Positions 23,541 through 59,024 of a stretch of 64,000 bases of DNA are shown one piece after another. The notes under the pieces are model-generated. The model was not told the DNA's origin. It worked only from the letters and a program-made list of their open reading frames with translations, and searched no databases. A program made the translations under genes and the position numbers. Numbering within the stretch: the stretch's first letter is position 1; the number at the start of each line of letters is the position of its first letter. Location of the stretch: NCBI GenBank assembly GCA_963693365.1, contig CAVNZM010000001.1, forward strand, positions 4,046,907-4,110,906, written 5' to 3'. The DNA comes from Amoebidium appalachense. Its lineage: Eukaryota; Protista; Ichthyosporea.

Positions 23541-26175
23541 TTAATAGGCCAGGCTAACCCTGGTGTAGTAATCAGTGGCACGGGTGTTAAACCTGTTGCG
23601 GCAGTAAGGCTTGTTAGCAGTGCACGTGCCACATGCCCACGTGCTTGTGCCATCAGCCAATGAGGCGCGAGCAGCAACCACAGGTGCCGTGCACCCAAGA
23701 TCAGCCGCATTGATGGTCACCGACGCCGTGCTGCCATTGGCTGCCTGGGCCGCACCGACATACCGCACCTTGCCCGACTCACCAATCATAGCCGGGGTGG
23801 CAAACCTGGCCCAATCAACCTTGACCCCCTTGCGAGGAATGCTGGCAATGGAGCAGGCCACGGCCACAGACACTCCCGTCAGACTGCCAGTGCCCATGTC
23901 CCACGTGACGGTCACCATAGACCCGCTGGTTGTGACCTTGACCGACCCGGCACGCACACCGGCCGACCCATCCACATAGTTACAGTTGCGCGCCGGACCG
24001 GGGGCAGGGGGTGGGCGCGGGCGTTGGTGCTGGGGTAGGATCAGGGGTGGGGGTGGGGAGGGACGGGTACGGGGGCAGGTGCGGGCGCAGGTGTAGGCAT
24101 AGGGGCAGGTGCGGGGGCAGGTGCAGGCATAGGGGCAGGTGTGGGCGCCGGTGTTGGGGCGGGGGCAGGGGCCGGACCAGGGATGGGGCCTACGGAAGGC
24201 ACACAGGTGTACTTGTCCACGTTTGTAAAGCCGGCATTGCAGACGCATGCAAAGGCGACGCCTGTGTTTGTACACACGGAGTTCTTGTCGCAGTTCTTCA
24301 TCTGCATCATGTCGAGGCATGCGTTGACAAACAGACACACCGTGCCGTTGCCCGTGTAGCCGTAATCGCACCGACACGTGTAGCTGCCGATAGTGTTCGT
24401 GCACGAGCCGGAGGACGAGCACTTGTGAAGTGAGCCTGCACACTCATTAGCGTCTGCAAACCCAAAGTTGACGTTGGTGACGCTGGACTGCCCTACATTG
24501 ACCGTCACCCCCTTGGCTGCTCCGTCGATGCCGCTAACAGGTACGGTGAATCCACCGGTGACCGACGCCTGAACAACGGACACTGTGTAGGTTCCAAAGG
24601 GTACAGTGGGGAACGAATAGGCTCCCGTTGCCGTGGTGGTTGCCGTAGCAACGATATTCCCACTGGGTCCCAGCAGTTGCACGGTTGCCCCGGCAATGGG
24701 CTGATCTGACGAATCCAATTGGGCATTGGCATTGCTGTCCCCATAGACCGTTCCAGAAATCGACCCGGCCTGATCGAGAGCCGCGCACGTGGTGCCGTTG
24801 CCTGCGAAGCCATCATTGCACGTGCACGTGTATGACCCAACGTTGTTGGTGCATGTTGCGCTTCCCGAGCACGTGTGCGTCTTGGCCGCACATTCATCCG
24901 TATCTCCCAACCCGAAATTTACGTTGGTGGCGGGGTTCGGGGCAACTAGGGTGACGGTTGTGCTGCCGGTGGCCGGGCTTGTGGGCCTGTTAAATGCGGG
25001 CGGGAAGGATGCAGGCACAATGGTGACGGTGTAGGTGGCCGGGGGGACACTTGCAAATTCGTAGAACCCGTTGGCGTCAGTCTTAACTTGGGCCACAATT
25101 TTGCCATCTGCACCCGTCAAAGTAACAATTACGCCGCTCAGGGGGGATTCTGTGGGGTCTTTCTTCCCGTCGCCGTTAGCGTCGGCATAGACATAGCCGC
25201 TGATGGAGGAGGGTATGATCACGCACGAACCGTTGTTGTTTGAAAAACCCCCACCGCACGCGCACGTGTACGAGCCAACAGTATTGTTGCATACTGAATT
25301 TGCGGTGCACTTGTGGGTCTTAGCCGTGCACTCATCCACATCAGCGCACGTGACGCCGGTGCCGGTGAATCCCGTGTTGCATGCACAGGTGAACGAACCG
25401 TCCGTGTTCATGCACTGTGCGCTTGTGGCAGCGCAGTTGTGTGTTTGGAGTGCGCATTCATCGGCATCGACAAACCCAAACGTGACCGTGGCAGGGGTGG
25501 TGGGGGTCACAGTAACCGTGGCAGATCCGGTGGGATTTGCGGTCGGGCGGTTGTACTTCGGGGGGACCTTAGTCGAGTCAATAACCACCTTGTAGGTACC
25601 GGAGGGAACGTTGACGAATGAAAATTGGCCGCTGGTCGTGGTGGTCACAGTGGCAACCGTCTTCCCGGTAGAATCGACCAGGGAGATGGGAATATTCGGG
25701 AGGGGTTTTTCCGTGGCCTCGCAAATTGAATTTGCGTTGGCATCGACACACACCTGGCCGGTAATGTTCCCACCGGGGGCGTTGCAGGTCACACCGTCGC
25801 CCGTGAATCCGGTGTTGCACGTGCAGGTGAAGCTGCCCTGTGTGTTGGCACACTTTGCGTTGGCACTGCAAGTCGAGAGACCTTCGATACACTCGTTGAC
25901 ATCTGGTGGGAGGGCGGGAAAGGAAGAAGGGGATGGGAGGGGTTAGTTCGCTGGCAGAATGCTAGTATATGGGAGGGGGAGGGGGGGGGGGGGTATGTTT
26001 TACATAGTAAGAAGTACATATTCACGACTGGTAACACAGTGGCTTTTCTGCTTCCCCCCCCCCCCCCCCCCCCCCTTAAAAAAAAGGGGGGTGAAAAGAA
26101 GAATAGAGGAAAAGGAAAAAGACAAAGAAGAAAGAAGACCACAGGGTGTGGGTGGGTGAGCGCGGGGTGGTGTGT

Positions 26176-26206
<31 letters not shown>

Positions 26207-27062
26207 GGGGGGGGGGTTGGATTCGTCAGTACCTGACTGGCATGTAGCACCGTACCAGGCATCAGGGCACAGACAGTCGAAGGTGGTGGCCGTCAGTTTG
26301 GTGCACGTGCCTCCATTCTTGCACGGCATAGACGCACACGGGTCTGTGTATGTGTGGGGGGAGAACGCAGGGTTAAAATAACGTACACAGTAAATAAACA
26401 GAGCACATCTTCAGGAGAAGGGGGGGGGGAGGGGCGAGGGGGGTTTGAATGCGTCATAAAGTACGAAGTACACAAGAACAAACGGATAACACGATGCAGA
26501 ATGCAAGCCATGGGGAGGGGAAGGGGATCCACAAAAAGAAATGGTATGGTATAGTTTCGGAGGGGGAGGGTGTGTGTGGAGGAGGGGGTCGGGGGAGGGG
26601 AGGGGGGAGGGAGGGGGAGGTTGGTAGAGAGATGGTGGTATATGGAGTGACCATACGTATAGCCGAAAACAGGAAACGGGTAGTATTGCAGTGGTGGGGG
26701 AAGGGGCCCCCGAATCATTATATTGTAGCATCTAGGTGAAAGTGTGTGTGTGTGTTTGGTGGGGGGGAAGGGTACCATACCGTAGTTTGTTGGCGGTATG
26801 GTGCAGTAGGTACCAGACCAACCATTGGTGCACGTGCATTTTCCATCGCCCCCACAAGTCCCGCCGTTGCTGCATCCAGGACCGCATGGGGTGATGATGT
26901 CGACACATTTCCCATCCACACATGCTTGGGTAGCAGTGCACTTGGAGCAGTTCTTTAAGTTGTTAAAGTTGCACAGGTCTTTAAGCGGCTCAAGGAGAAT
27001 GAGGTCCTCTTCGTTGGCTGGGTCGGGAACCCTTCCAATGGCCATGGCATCTTCAGTGCATG

Positions 27063-27105
<43 letters not shown>

Positions 27106-28047
27106 ACGTTAGCAAATGGAGTCACATATAGAAAAGAGGGTGTACGAAGAACAAGAGGGGAGAGGGGGGGGGGGGGGGGGGGGGGGGGGGTAAAGGGGGC
27201 AGGGAGTACGTTTAGGTTTGAATCTAGTGTACGTAAACATATTTAGGTATATACACATTGATTGCCCCCGAAATGCATTTCCAGTATACTCTAGCTTAAA
27301 GGTTACATGACGCAGTGCACACACAATCAATCGAGGCAGGCCCGGGAGGGATGGGGGACCGGGGGGAGAAGGGGGGGGGGGGGGGGGGGGGGGGGGGAGG
27401 AGAGAGAGAGAGAGAGAGAGAAAGGGGGGGGGGGGGGGGGGGGGGGGGGATGGAGGGAGGCTTGTACCTGAATCTGGAATGCAATGTCCTCAGCACTGAG
27501 GCCCGGACACGTATATGTCGAAAACAACTTCTTGCACCCATCCGCATAGTTGGGAGGGATGGGGGCGGGTGGAGGGGGAGGCGTAGGGGGACCCGGTGGT
27601 GGGATGGGAGGTGGGACAACGGGAGGTGGAGGGGGAACAGGGTCAGGGCGAATGAAGGGATTGTTGTTGCTACACGTGGGGTCTGGGGTGAAGGGGAGGG
27701 GGGCAGGGGTGTCGGGTGGGGGGGCGTTGGGGCAGGTTTGGACGGCGGGTTTTCCTCCCTTGAGGATGAGTTGGGTATCAGAAACGAGGTAGCGGGTCTG
27801 TAGGGTTCCGTAGTCGATGATGTCGTTGGCTGCCTGGCCGTTGTAGTCGCCGCATAGACCAATCACACACCCTGCATACGCCCTAAAAATGCAAGGGAAT
27901 AAAGCAATGTGGTTGGTTAGTTTGTGATTTTCTACTCATGGGCCTCTTGTCTCCGAAAGGTTGTTATCTGTTTTTTAGGTTGATTGGGTGCGGCAGCAGC
28001 GGCTCTATTTGCTGTTTCACTCTCTTTTTACTCCTTTCCCCCCCCCA

Positions 28048-28089
<42 letters not shown>

Positions 28090-28100
28090 TTTTTTTTTTT

Positions 28101-28148
<48 letters not shown>

Positions 28149-29302
28149 AGGGGAAGGGGAAGGTTCAATACCTGGATGGTTGGACACGAATGTTCACAAA
28201 ATGCACGCCCGTATTGCCCCAGTGGTAACCGTCAATAATGACTTTGAGGTTGGGGAAATTCCACTCCACGGTCTTGGTTTCGGGCCGGGTCAGGACGGCC
28301 AGGTCCGGTGCGGTGGTGCCCCCGATCCGACCAGCGACTGGCTGGTCTGCGGCAGTCATGTAGGTGATGTATGATGAGCCCCGGTAGTAAATAAACACAT
28401 ACTGATTGCACGACACCTGGTTGTTTGTCCCGCACTTCTGTGTGGTTGTCTGCACGCTGAATTCGCCGTCATATGATTGGACGAGGGTGTATGTTCCGAT
28501 GCCGTAGAAGTTGAAGGTCTTGCCGTCAAAGGTGCGGTAGTGGGGGTCCCCCGTGCTGTGGCATTCCGCAGCCAGAATGTTCGAGAGCATGGACGGACTG
28601 ACGGCCTGCACGTGTGCATGTGTAAGCGTGTGTGCGTGTGTGCGCACGTACACGTATTTTTTTCCTTGAGGGGAAAGGGGGGGGGGGGGGGGGGGGTGGA
28701 GGGCAAGCAAAGTAAACTCGAGAATTTGGTGCAAGTGTAATGATATGGCCACTTCTTCGACCCTTTGGGAACACTTCGTTTTTGGGTTTCATGAAGGACA
28801 AGGCTAAAACAGGAAATAAACTTTGATAATCAGTGAAACGACAAGCAAATTTGCCCACACAAGCACATGGAAAAAGGCAGAGCTAGGAGAGTTTAAATAG
28901 AAGGGGGGGGGGGGGGGGGGGGGGGGTTCCCGAAAAGAGTGCAGATTAAATTAGCACAAACCTGAATAGAGCCAATGATGTTCCAAGCCGGTTGCAGACT
29001 TGTAGCATTCAAAAATACGGGAACTAGACCGGTAATAACGCGATTTGCAATCGCCGATGGGTTAATGGCAGCCCTCACGCACTGCTCGGTGGCCCAGTTG
29101 GTAGGGGTGAAGGTTAAGGTGCACTTGTCGAACGCGATCAGATCGCCCGTGATTATGTTGCTGATGTCCACGATGACGTTTTGGGTGGGTGGCTGGTTGA
29201 GCCTGCGGGAGACAGGGTCAAATCTCTGACCATGGGCAGACGATAAAACAAAACACAAAACACAAAAAACAAACAAACAAACAAAAAAAACAACAACAAC
29301 AA

Positions 29303-29346
<44 letters not shown>

Positions 29347-31192
29347 AAAGGAAAGAAAAGAAAGGAAAAAAAAAAAAAGAGCCTTTGGACAAGAGAGACC
29401 ATAAACAATAAAAAATCCAACCAAAAAATGAAAGAAAAAAGAGACGAAAAAAGAGGAACGAGAGAGAACAGGGAATATAACCAATAAAAAATCCAACCAA
29501 AAAATGAAAAGAAAAAAGAAAAGAAAAAAGAGGAACGAGAGAGAACAGGGATTATAAAGTCTGAAAAGTTGAACGAATACAATGGCAAGCAAAGCAGACT
29601 AATATTTTTTTCCCCCTGGGAATTCCTTCGGGGAGGGAGGGAAGGGAGGGGGGGGAGGGGTATTAAACTAGTGGATCATGCAGAAACCTATGGGGTGGCA
29701 AGGAAGTAAATAGCCTCGATCGAAATTGACCAATAGCAGCTCACTAAAAACAAGGCATCTGCCGGGCTTCGGCCACCTGCCTAAACGACCCACCTTGGTA
29801 AGTGATAGTGTAAATCGATGAATAAGATGGAAAAAATAAATAAAAATCTCACAGAATAAGAAAAATAAAAAGCTATAAAAACTATCATTACATATACGCA
29901 TAAAACGCTCTTTTTTAGCTAGCGACGCTCACGGTAGCGATCCGGCCTCAACAATCGTGAGGTCCATTGTCGAGAGATTTTTAATTGGCTCACAGCCTTT
30001 CATTTGAATTGCTACACTTTCTACCGATCGGATAGCTCGAAACACAAGGCAAGATTCTTTGATCCAGCCTGTTCAATGTCTTGCTACCCCATAGTGGATT
30101 CTGCTCCTGTGTGACACGAGTATATTTCAGGGGAGGGAGTTCAATGGCGAAATTTACCTGATGCACACGATCTGCACGCCCAGGTTAGACTGCAATTTGA
30201 TGACCGAGGGGCGCGCAATAACGGCTGGGGGCTCTGCCGGCACAAAATACTGCTGGGGCACCTGCTCCATAAGCAGCTGGCCGGGGGTTTTCCAATTGAA
30301 TTGGAAAGTCACCGCGCCGGTGAACTGGAAATATTCGATGCGAACAGGAACAAGTGTGTTGGCAGTGAGCTGAATGGCGGCACCAAGATCCTTTGTAGGG
30401 AGGTGAGGCTTGAAGTTGTCGATGTAGACTTGGTTGTTGATGTACACGCGAATACCATCGTCGGAAACAGTCTCGAACTGGTAAGTGCCGGTGCACGGGA
30501 CGACTATCGAGCCTGTCCACACGATGGCGTATGATTCCTTCATGAACGAGATGGTGGTTACAGTCCTGAGGGAAGGATATGATAAGGTCAGGAAAAAACA
30601 AAACACGGAAAGAGAGAAAACTCGTTTGAGCGCCACATAAAAAGACAGAGGGGAACACCACGACAGGGCACTGTTCAAAAAAAAGAGGAAACGAAAATGA
30701 GATATATTCATTCACACCAAAAATCCATTACCACGGAGTAACCCTACAAGTAGCCCATATGCAAACCTACTTTGCGTATAGACAACTTGAAAACATTTTC
30801 ATTCAGGTGCGTATTAGTCATGCACCTGAATGAAAATGTTTTCAAGAGCGCTGGAATGTACTACTGTTTGCACGCGCCAAGTTGGGAAAATGTACTTACG
30901 TCGACATCTCCTGGCCCACAGCACCAAAATCCGTCAGTGGGACACCAGAGGTTGGCACAAACGGAAGGGCATCAATCCTGTCAAAATGTAGATCTTTGAA
31001 GGCTGGGGGCCACGCTGGTATCCCGTTTGTGAATTTCAACGATGGATAGTGCTTTGCAAGCAGACCCTTCTTCACCCACGGGTCTCCTACAGCCGTGTTT
31101 TCAGCCTGGAGAAGCGCACAGCGTGACCCGAACGCAGTTGCGGACGAAAGAGTGGCCGAAGTGGCCACAAGGGCCATTAGAGCCGCCCACAT
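23541..31192 (-). CDS. Secreted ~1500-aa mosaic adhesin/ECM-like protein: signal peptide, PA14, Ig/Calx-beta-like, VWD, Pro-rich, EGF and cbEGF repeats alternating with 3 SdrD-B/Cna-B-like domains, Pro/Ala/Thr linker, C-terminal domain
   Basis: Exons 31192-30900, 30565-30158, 29202-28962, 28605-28172, 27882-27468, 27063-26781, 26343-26233, 25902-23541, all phase-consistent. Motifs: MWAALMALVATSATLSS (signal peptide), YQFETVSDDGIRVYIN (PA14), LTFTPTNW, CHSTGDPHYRTFDG...GLCGDYNG (VWD), DVNEC/DADEC/DVDEC/DTDEC (cbEGF), ISGYVYADANGDGKKDPTESPLSGVIVTL (SdrD-B). The frame breaks in the linker at ~24007-24070. Confidence 0.88.
26443..26510 (+). mobile_element. Representative copy of a dispersed, diverged G-run-anchored intronic element (core GTACGAAGTAC)
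   Basis: Shares TTTGAATG..GTACGAAG(T/A)AC..AACAC.ATGCAG with copies at 35030, 37231, 45814 and 63101. Weaker copies lie at 25994, 55667, 52401 and 9322 (reverse). Mobility is inferred only from dispersal. Confidence 0.5.
29407..29551 (+). repeat. Imperfect ~76-bp A-rich tandem duplication in an intron
   Basis: AATAAAAAATCCAACCAAAAAATGAAA...AAAAAAGAGGAACGAGAGAGAACAGGGA occurs twice. Confidence 0.85.
30786..30846. repeat. Perfect 25-bp inverted repeat with 11-nt loop (61-nt hairpin) in intron 1 of the adhesin-like gene
   Basis: CTTGAAAACATTTTCATTCAGGTGC - GTATTAGTCAT - GCACCTGAATGAAAATGTTTTCAAG; the arms are exact reverse complements. Confidence 0.93.
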
Positions 31193-31299
31193 TTTGGCGG
31201 TGTGGCAGTGTAGGCAACTACTTCTAATTGTGTTCACGGGCGGTCCTGCGCGTATGCAAAGCGCGTGACAACTAAATGCCCTTGCTCACAGTTTGCCAG

Positions 31300-31925
31300 G
31301 CATATATAGCTGCTTGCAACAAAGGGAAAATTCGTGACATGTCATGTGGCAGCATATTCTGCTCGCCTCTATCTGTCAAGTCGTGTTGTTTGCTGCGAGG
31401 AATGAGTAGGGTTGCTGGGGGAAAGTGACTTTATTGTGTGGAACCGATTTGTTGTGCAGTCACCAACCAATAGGATATCGGATTGACACCAAAATGTGAT
31501 TGGATTATATTGGAGAAATCAACGAGGGCGGCAAACGTTCCACGGTTCCACCTTTCAAGGATTTAGAAATCAAGATGATGCCAGTCTTGGAAGTTTATAG
31601 CACCTATAAATTGACGTATCATTATTAAAAAAACCCCTAAAATAATTTTCTGAGTGTCAATGTATAACTTTTGGCATATTATAAAAATAATTAACCAATT
31701 TTTGATGCCGAAATTAGGACGGTCCTCCACCTGGAGGCGGACGGTCGTCGGTCACGGAACTTGGAAATTTGCTTCAGATTTTAGAAGCATATGACTGGGT
31801 AGACGTTGACCAATCGATCTTTAGGAATACATTTGTGCACATTGGAATGCTACACGATGCGCTCTTTACCAATCATAACTAAGTAAACAAAGCAATCGAC
31901 ATCTACGGCTGAGCCGGGCCAATCC
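31300..31925 (-). promoter_or_regulatory. Putative promoter of the adhesin-like gene with a CCAAT-box cluster and a TATA-like element
   Basis: Microsatellite-free region upstream of the ATG at 31192. CCAAT/ATTGG at 31467, 31499, 31509, 31695, 31810, 31841, 31869, 31919; TATATA at ~31303. Confidence 0.45.
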
Positions 31926-32437
31926 ATGCATCAGAGAGTGAGCCGATCTCGGTTCGGTTCGTTTTTGACTCGAATCCAACGGTTTGAGTGATCAGGTTAG
32001 GAAGTTTTCGGATGTACTTTCTTATATCTCCAACTACACATGACTATAGTTAAACCAAAGGGAAAAACAATAAAGGGCATCACCATGGTGCACCAGGGGA
32101 TTTTCGTGGTTCAGAAATCTGCTGAATCGGCGCGCCTTTGGCTAATACATGTGCCCGGTCATTGGCGCCGGCCCGGCTTGCAAAGATCCGAGTCACAACC
32201 GGTTCAGATGTTGACCGTGCACACAAAAAAACCGTTGCACGCACGCACACACAGTCACACAGGCAGTGTCACATCCGTACACATACAAATTTACATACAT
32301 ACACACGTACACACACACACACGCACACACGCACGCATGTGCACACACGTGCACACACACACGCGGCCCGGCCTGTCATTACATAGTATGTTGTACACAC
32401 ACACACACACACACACACATCATACACATACACACAT

Positions 32438-32496
<59 letters not shown>

Positions 32497-32702
32497 CACA
32501 CACACACGCACGCATGCACACACGTCACACACGCCTCACGTCACCGAAACTTTGGGCACCACAAACGTCATATATCACAAGTGCTCGTTTCGGTGGTGCA
32601 CAATATATTACACAGTCATACACAAACATAATCCTTGTGTACGTACATAAATACGCCGTTGAATTTGTGGGCAACACACGGTGTCACACCATGATCATCG
32701 TG

Positions 32703-32755
<53 letters not shown>

Positions 32756-33596
32756 CCGTGGCACCTTTTCAAACCAATACCGTGGAACCTAACCACTACT
32801 ATATTCTCGTTGACTATGAGCATAATAGGAGCATAATAAATATGAGGCTCAGTGGACCAGGTAACCGTGGGATGTGGTATATTTTTATGATTCTTCGAAT
32901 GTCAGGCCATCAAAATGATTATGCATAATAACATGCCAGGCCGGCGCCTAGGAGCGATCGTACTCTTGATCAGTTGAAAGCAGTAAATCAATGATCCCAG
33001 TTTTGACACCACATGCATTCATAGCCCTTTTTCGAATGTCTAGTCCATCGCATGGTATGAAATGCAACATTCATCACCGCTATTGAACATAAAATCATGG
33101 ATCCTGTTCTAATATTAGGTCCACTGGGTACATACACTACCTACGACAGGCTGCTCTTTCACACTCACACATACATACAAATACTACATTACTTGAACCA
33201 CAAGCCCACTGAAACATACCAGAAAAGCCAGGGCTCGAAACACTATGTGAATATTCACCAAGTTCCATGTTCACAAGCATTCATTCTATTTGATCACCTA
33301 CCTAGAACATGCCAGAGCCAAGTACTTTAGAGAGACACTGAAGATACATCGTTCGGCACATTCGAGTGTGGAACTCAATTGCTACACCGACTTCCTATTA
33401 ATCATCCCCCCCCCCCCCCCCCCCCTCCGCATTCAAAACCCCCCCCCCCCCCTCCCCCCCCCCCCCCAAAAAAAAAAACAAAAAACAAAAAACAAAAAAC
33501 CGAAAAAACAAAAACAAAATACAACAGCAGTAATACTACAACTAGTAATACCATTACTACACTCATATCCAGCAGAATAGTAAAAACCAGAGGAGG

Positions 33597-56714
<23,118 letters not shown>

Positions 56715-59024
56715 TCGCTCCCTAAAGCTGCTACTATATTTGGGTGTGGGGGAAGGGGTGGCACGTACAAAGGAGGAAGAAAGGGTAAGATGGGTGTAAG
56801 TGACACAAAGGTCTCGGGGATGATATCACAGATCAGCGCCTGCAGCTCTTGATATGATAAAGAAATGGGAGTGTTCGAAAGCCATTTCCTTTTGACTCGG
56901 GTCGGGCCAATAAGTCGACAAATACTCGCGAACGTTTGGAACAAATGTATGTTGTGCACAATTCTAATGTGCCATGATCATAGAAATAAACATAAACGCC
57001 ATGTGTAATGCATGGTAAATAGTTGTGTAGGCCTTACCATATTTTCTCCTGGCTTCCAATTTTCATTTCCTTCTGAGCACCTATAATAAGTTTACCATTG
57101 AACCCGCTGGACCGTTGAAGCAGTCAAACGTAGCCGCGAGGGATCGAATTCACAATGAGAGCCACCCGAACAACCCAATATTTTGTTTGTTTGCGCAATG
57201 GCCGCGGCCGCGCCCCCCCCCCCCCCCCCCTCCCCTCCCCCCTACCCCCCGGCCCTGCCGGACCACTGATGCCCCATCACTGACCCGGATGATGAGTCAC
57301 GATCATCGAGCCTACTGCGAGTCAATGCGTTCGTGCAACCCCACGTGCACTGTGCAACCTGCGGACTCCCATGGCCACCAGTGGCACGCATCATTATGGG
57401 ATCATGATCATTACACTTTATTACGATGACCACCTACTAGTACTTGCATGCATATATGCAAGTCAGTGAATTCGAATTTGTGCTCAATGGACATATGCGA
57501 ATTCATACCGATCGCAAGTGGCACATGTGTACACGACGCGTCCCGGCATATATGTATGACCACGACTCACTAGTACTCATGATCACACACGTTCACATGT
57601 GCACAATATTATGACTAAATACACTGTTGTACAGTCACTCAGAGTGTATTGTGTACATACGCGTGCGTATGATGGCCTCGGCCGGCACTGTACATGTATA
57701 CGTGGTGCATATCATCAGAATTCTAAGAACGTGGCTTTGACATGTTTGCAATTGTGCTGCAACTATCAACGTTCGGTTGCAGCCAGAAATCACACGTACG
57801 GTACGCCGTAAATACTCTTAGATGGTTAACACATCATGTATGTACGCATGTATACGTCGACGGCCACGGACTAATACTTACAATAGTACACTGTGACTAA
57901 TACATTAACGAGATGGTTCACTCGTGACCCGGGGACTCTTGAACTTCACGGTAATGAGAGTGACGAGTCGACGACGCGTGACATTGACCGTACACAACGT
58001 ACGCACCGTCCAACGCACCCAAAATTATACTATGTACAAAATCTCCTAATGGATTGGATAAATGCGCATCATAAGTGCCGTTCAAGGTTATGATTGGTTA
58101 ATCCTGCAGCACAGTTACACACAATATCAGATCGATTCTGTAGCTGTGCCATGCTCACAGCTGCAGTTTGAGGCTACTAGTGCTTCCTCTGCCGCGGCGC
58201 CTAAGGCGCGCCTTGCTCGCTCGGCACCATGATAATAATAATGTTTTATCTGCTGCCAACGCACCCAGTGCGGCTGGCAGCCTGGCAGTGCCGGCGCGTG
58301 GCTTGAAGTGCACTCAATTATGCATAGTTTAGTATCCGATCGGTCGGCGTATCTGCTCTGCGACCGTTTCACACGCATGCATGGGGACGAACGGCCCCGT
58401 GTCACTCGTGGTCCCAGGAACCTCGGTTGTAATGTAACAATATATGTGCCACACCCTTATACACAAACCATGACTCACAGTGACGTCATCATTATCGACG
58501 CACTTTCAAGGACAGTCTTTTCCTGCACGCGCAAAGGTGACTCGGGCACATAATAGTGCTTTCCGACCCTGTCAGCCTGTGTACAGCAGCCAACTGGGGC
58601 CAAAACTTTGCTCACACCAAACCCAAAAGTCCTTAGCAGAACGGCTCACTGCATAGTACTGATAGCATTGGGCAATGGCCATATGCTTATATTGCTTGCA
58701 TGTGCATAGCTGACTATATAGTGTAGGTCACATGGCACACAACAGACACCGGTAGGAGCGACGTGAGAGATTGTAGCAAGCACTGTGACAGGAATGGCCA
58801 TACGCACTACAGTGTGGGTAAAGACACCACTCCCTTAAACGTTTCGCTTCAACAGTGCGGCCGGGGCAACAATGATCTTTTGCATCGCCATGGGAAATGA
58901 ATGCCATGCAAACACCAGTCTTGCCCTGCTGATCAGTCTTTGAAACACGCAAATCTTCTTGTTTTTTCAACCTGCACATGCATCACCGTTTTGCCCCGCT
59001 CAAATACGGGTATAAACTTTCCCC

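Noticed and set aside
26461-26472. Element core shares the 10-mer TGTACTTCGT (reverse strand) with the Oxford Nanopore adapter
   Set aside because: Copies share long flanks absent from the adapter, diverge from each other like old repeats, and are oriented by host gene. Contamination is unlikely, but an Illumina check would settle it.
58127-58979. Short ORFs upstream of the membrane-protein gene
   Set aside because: No recognisable motifs or splice-consistent structure; likely promoter or UTR.
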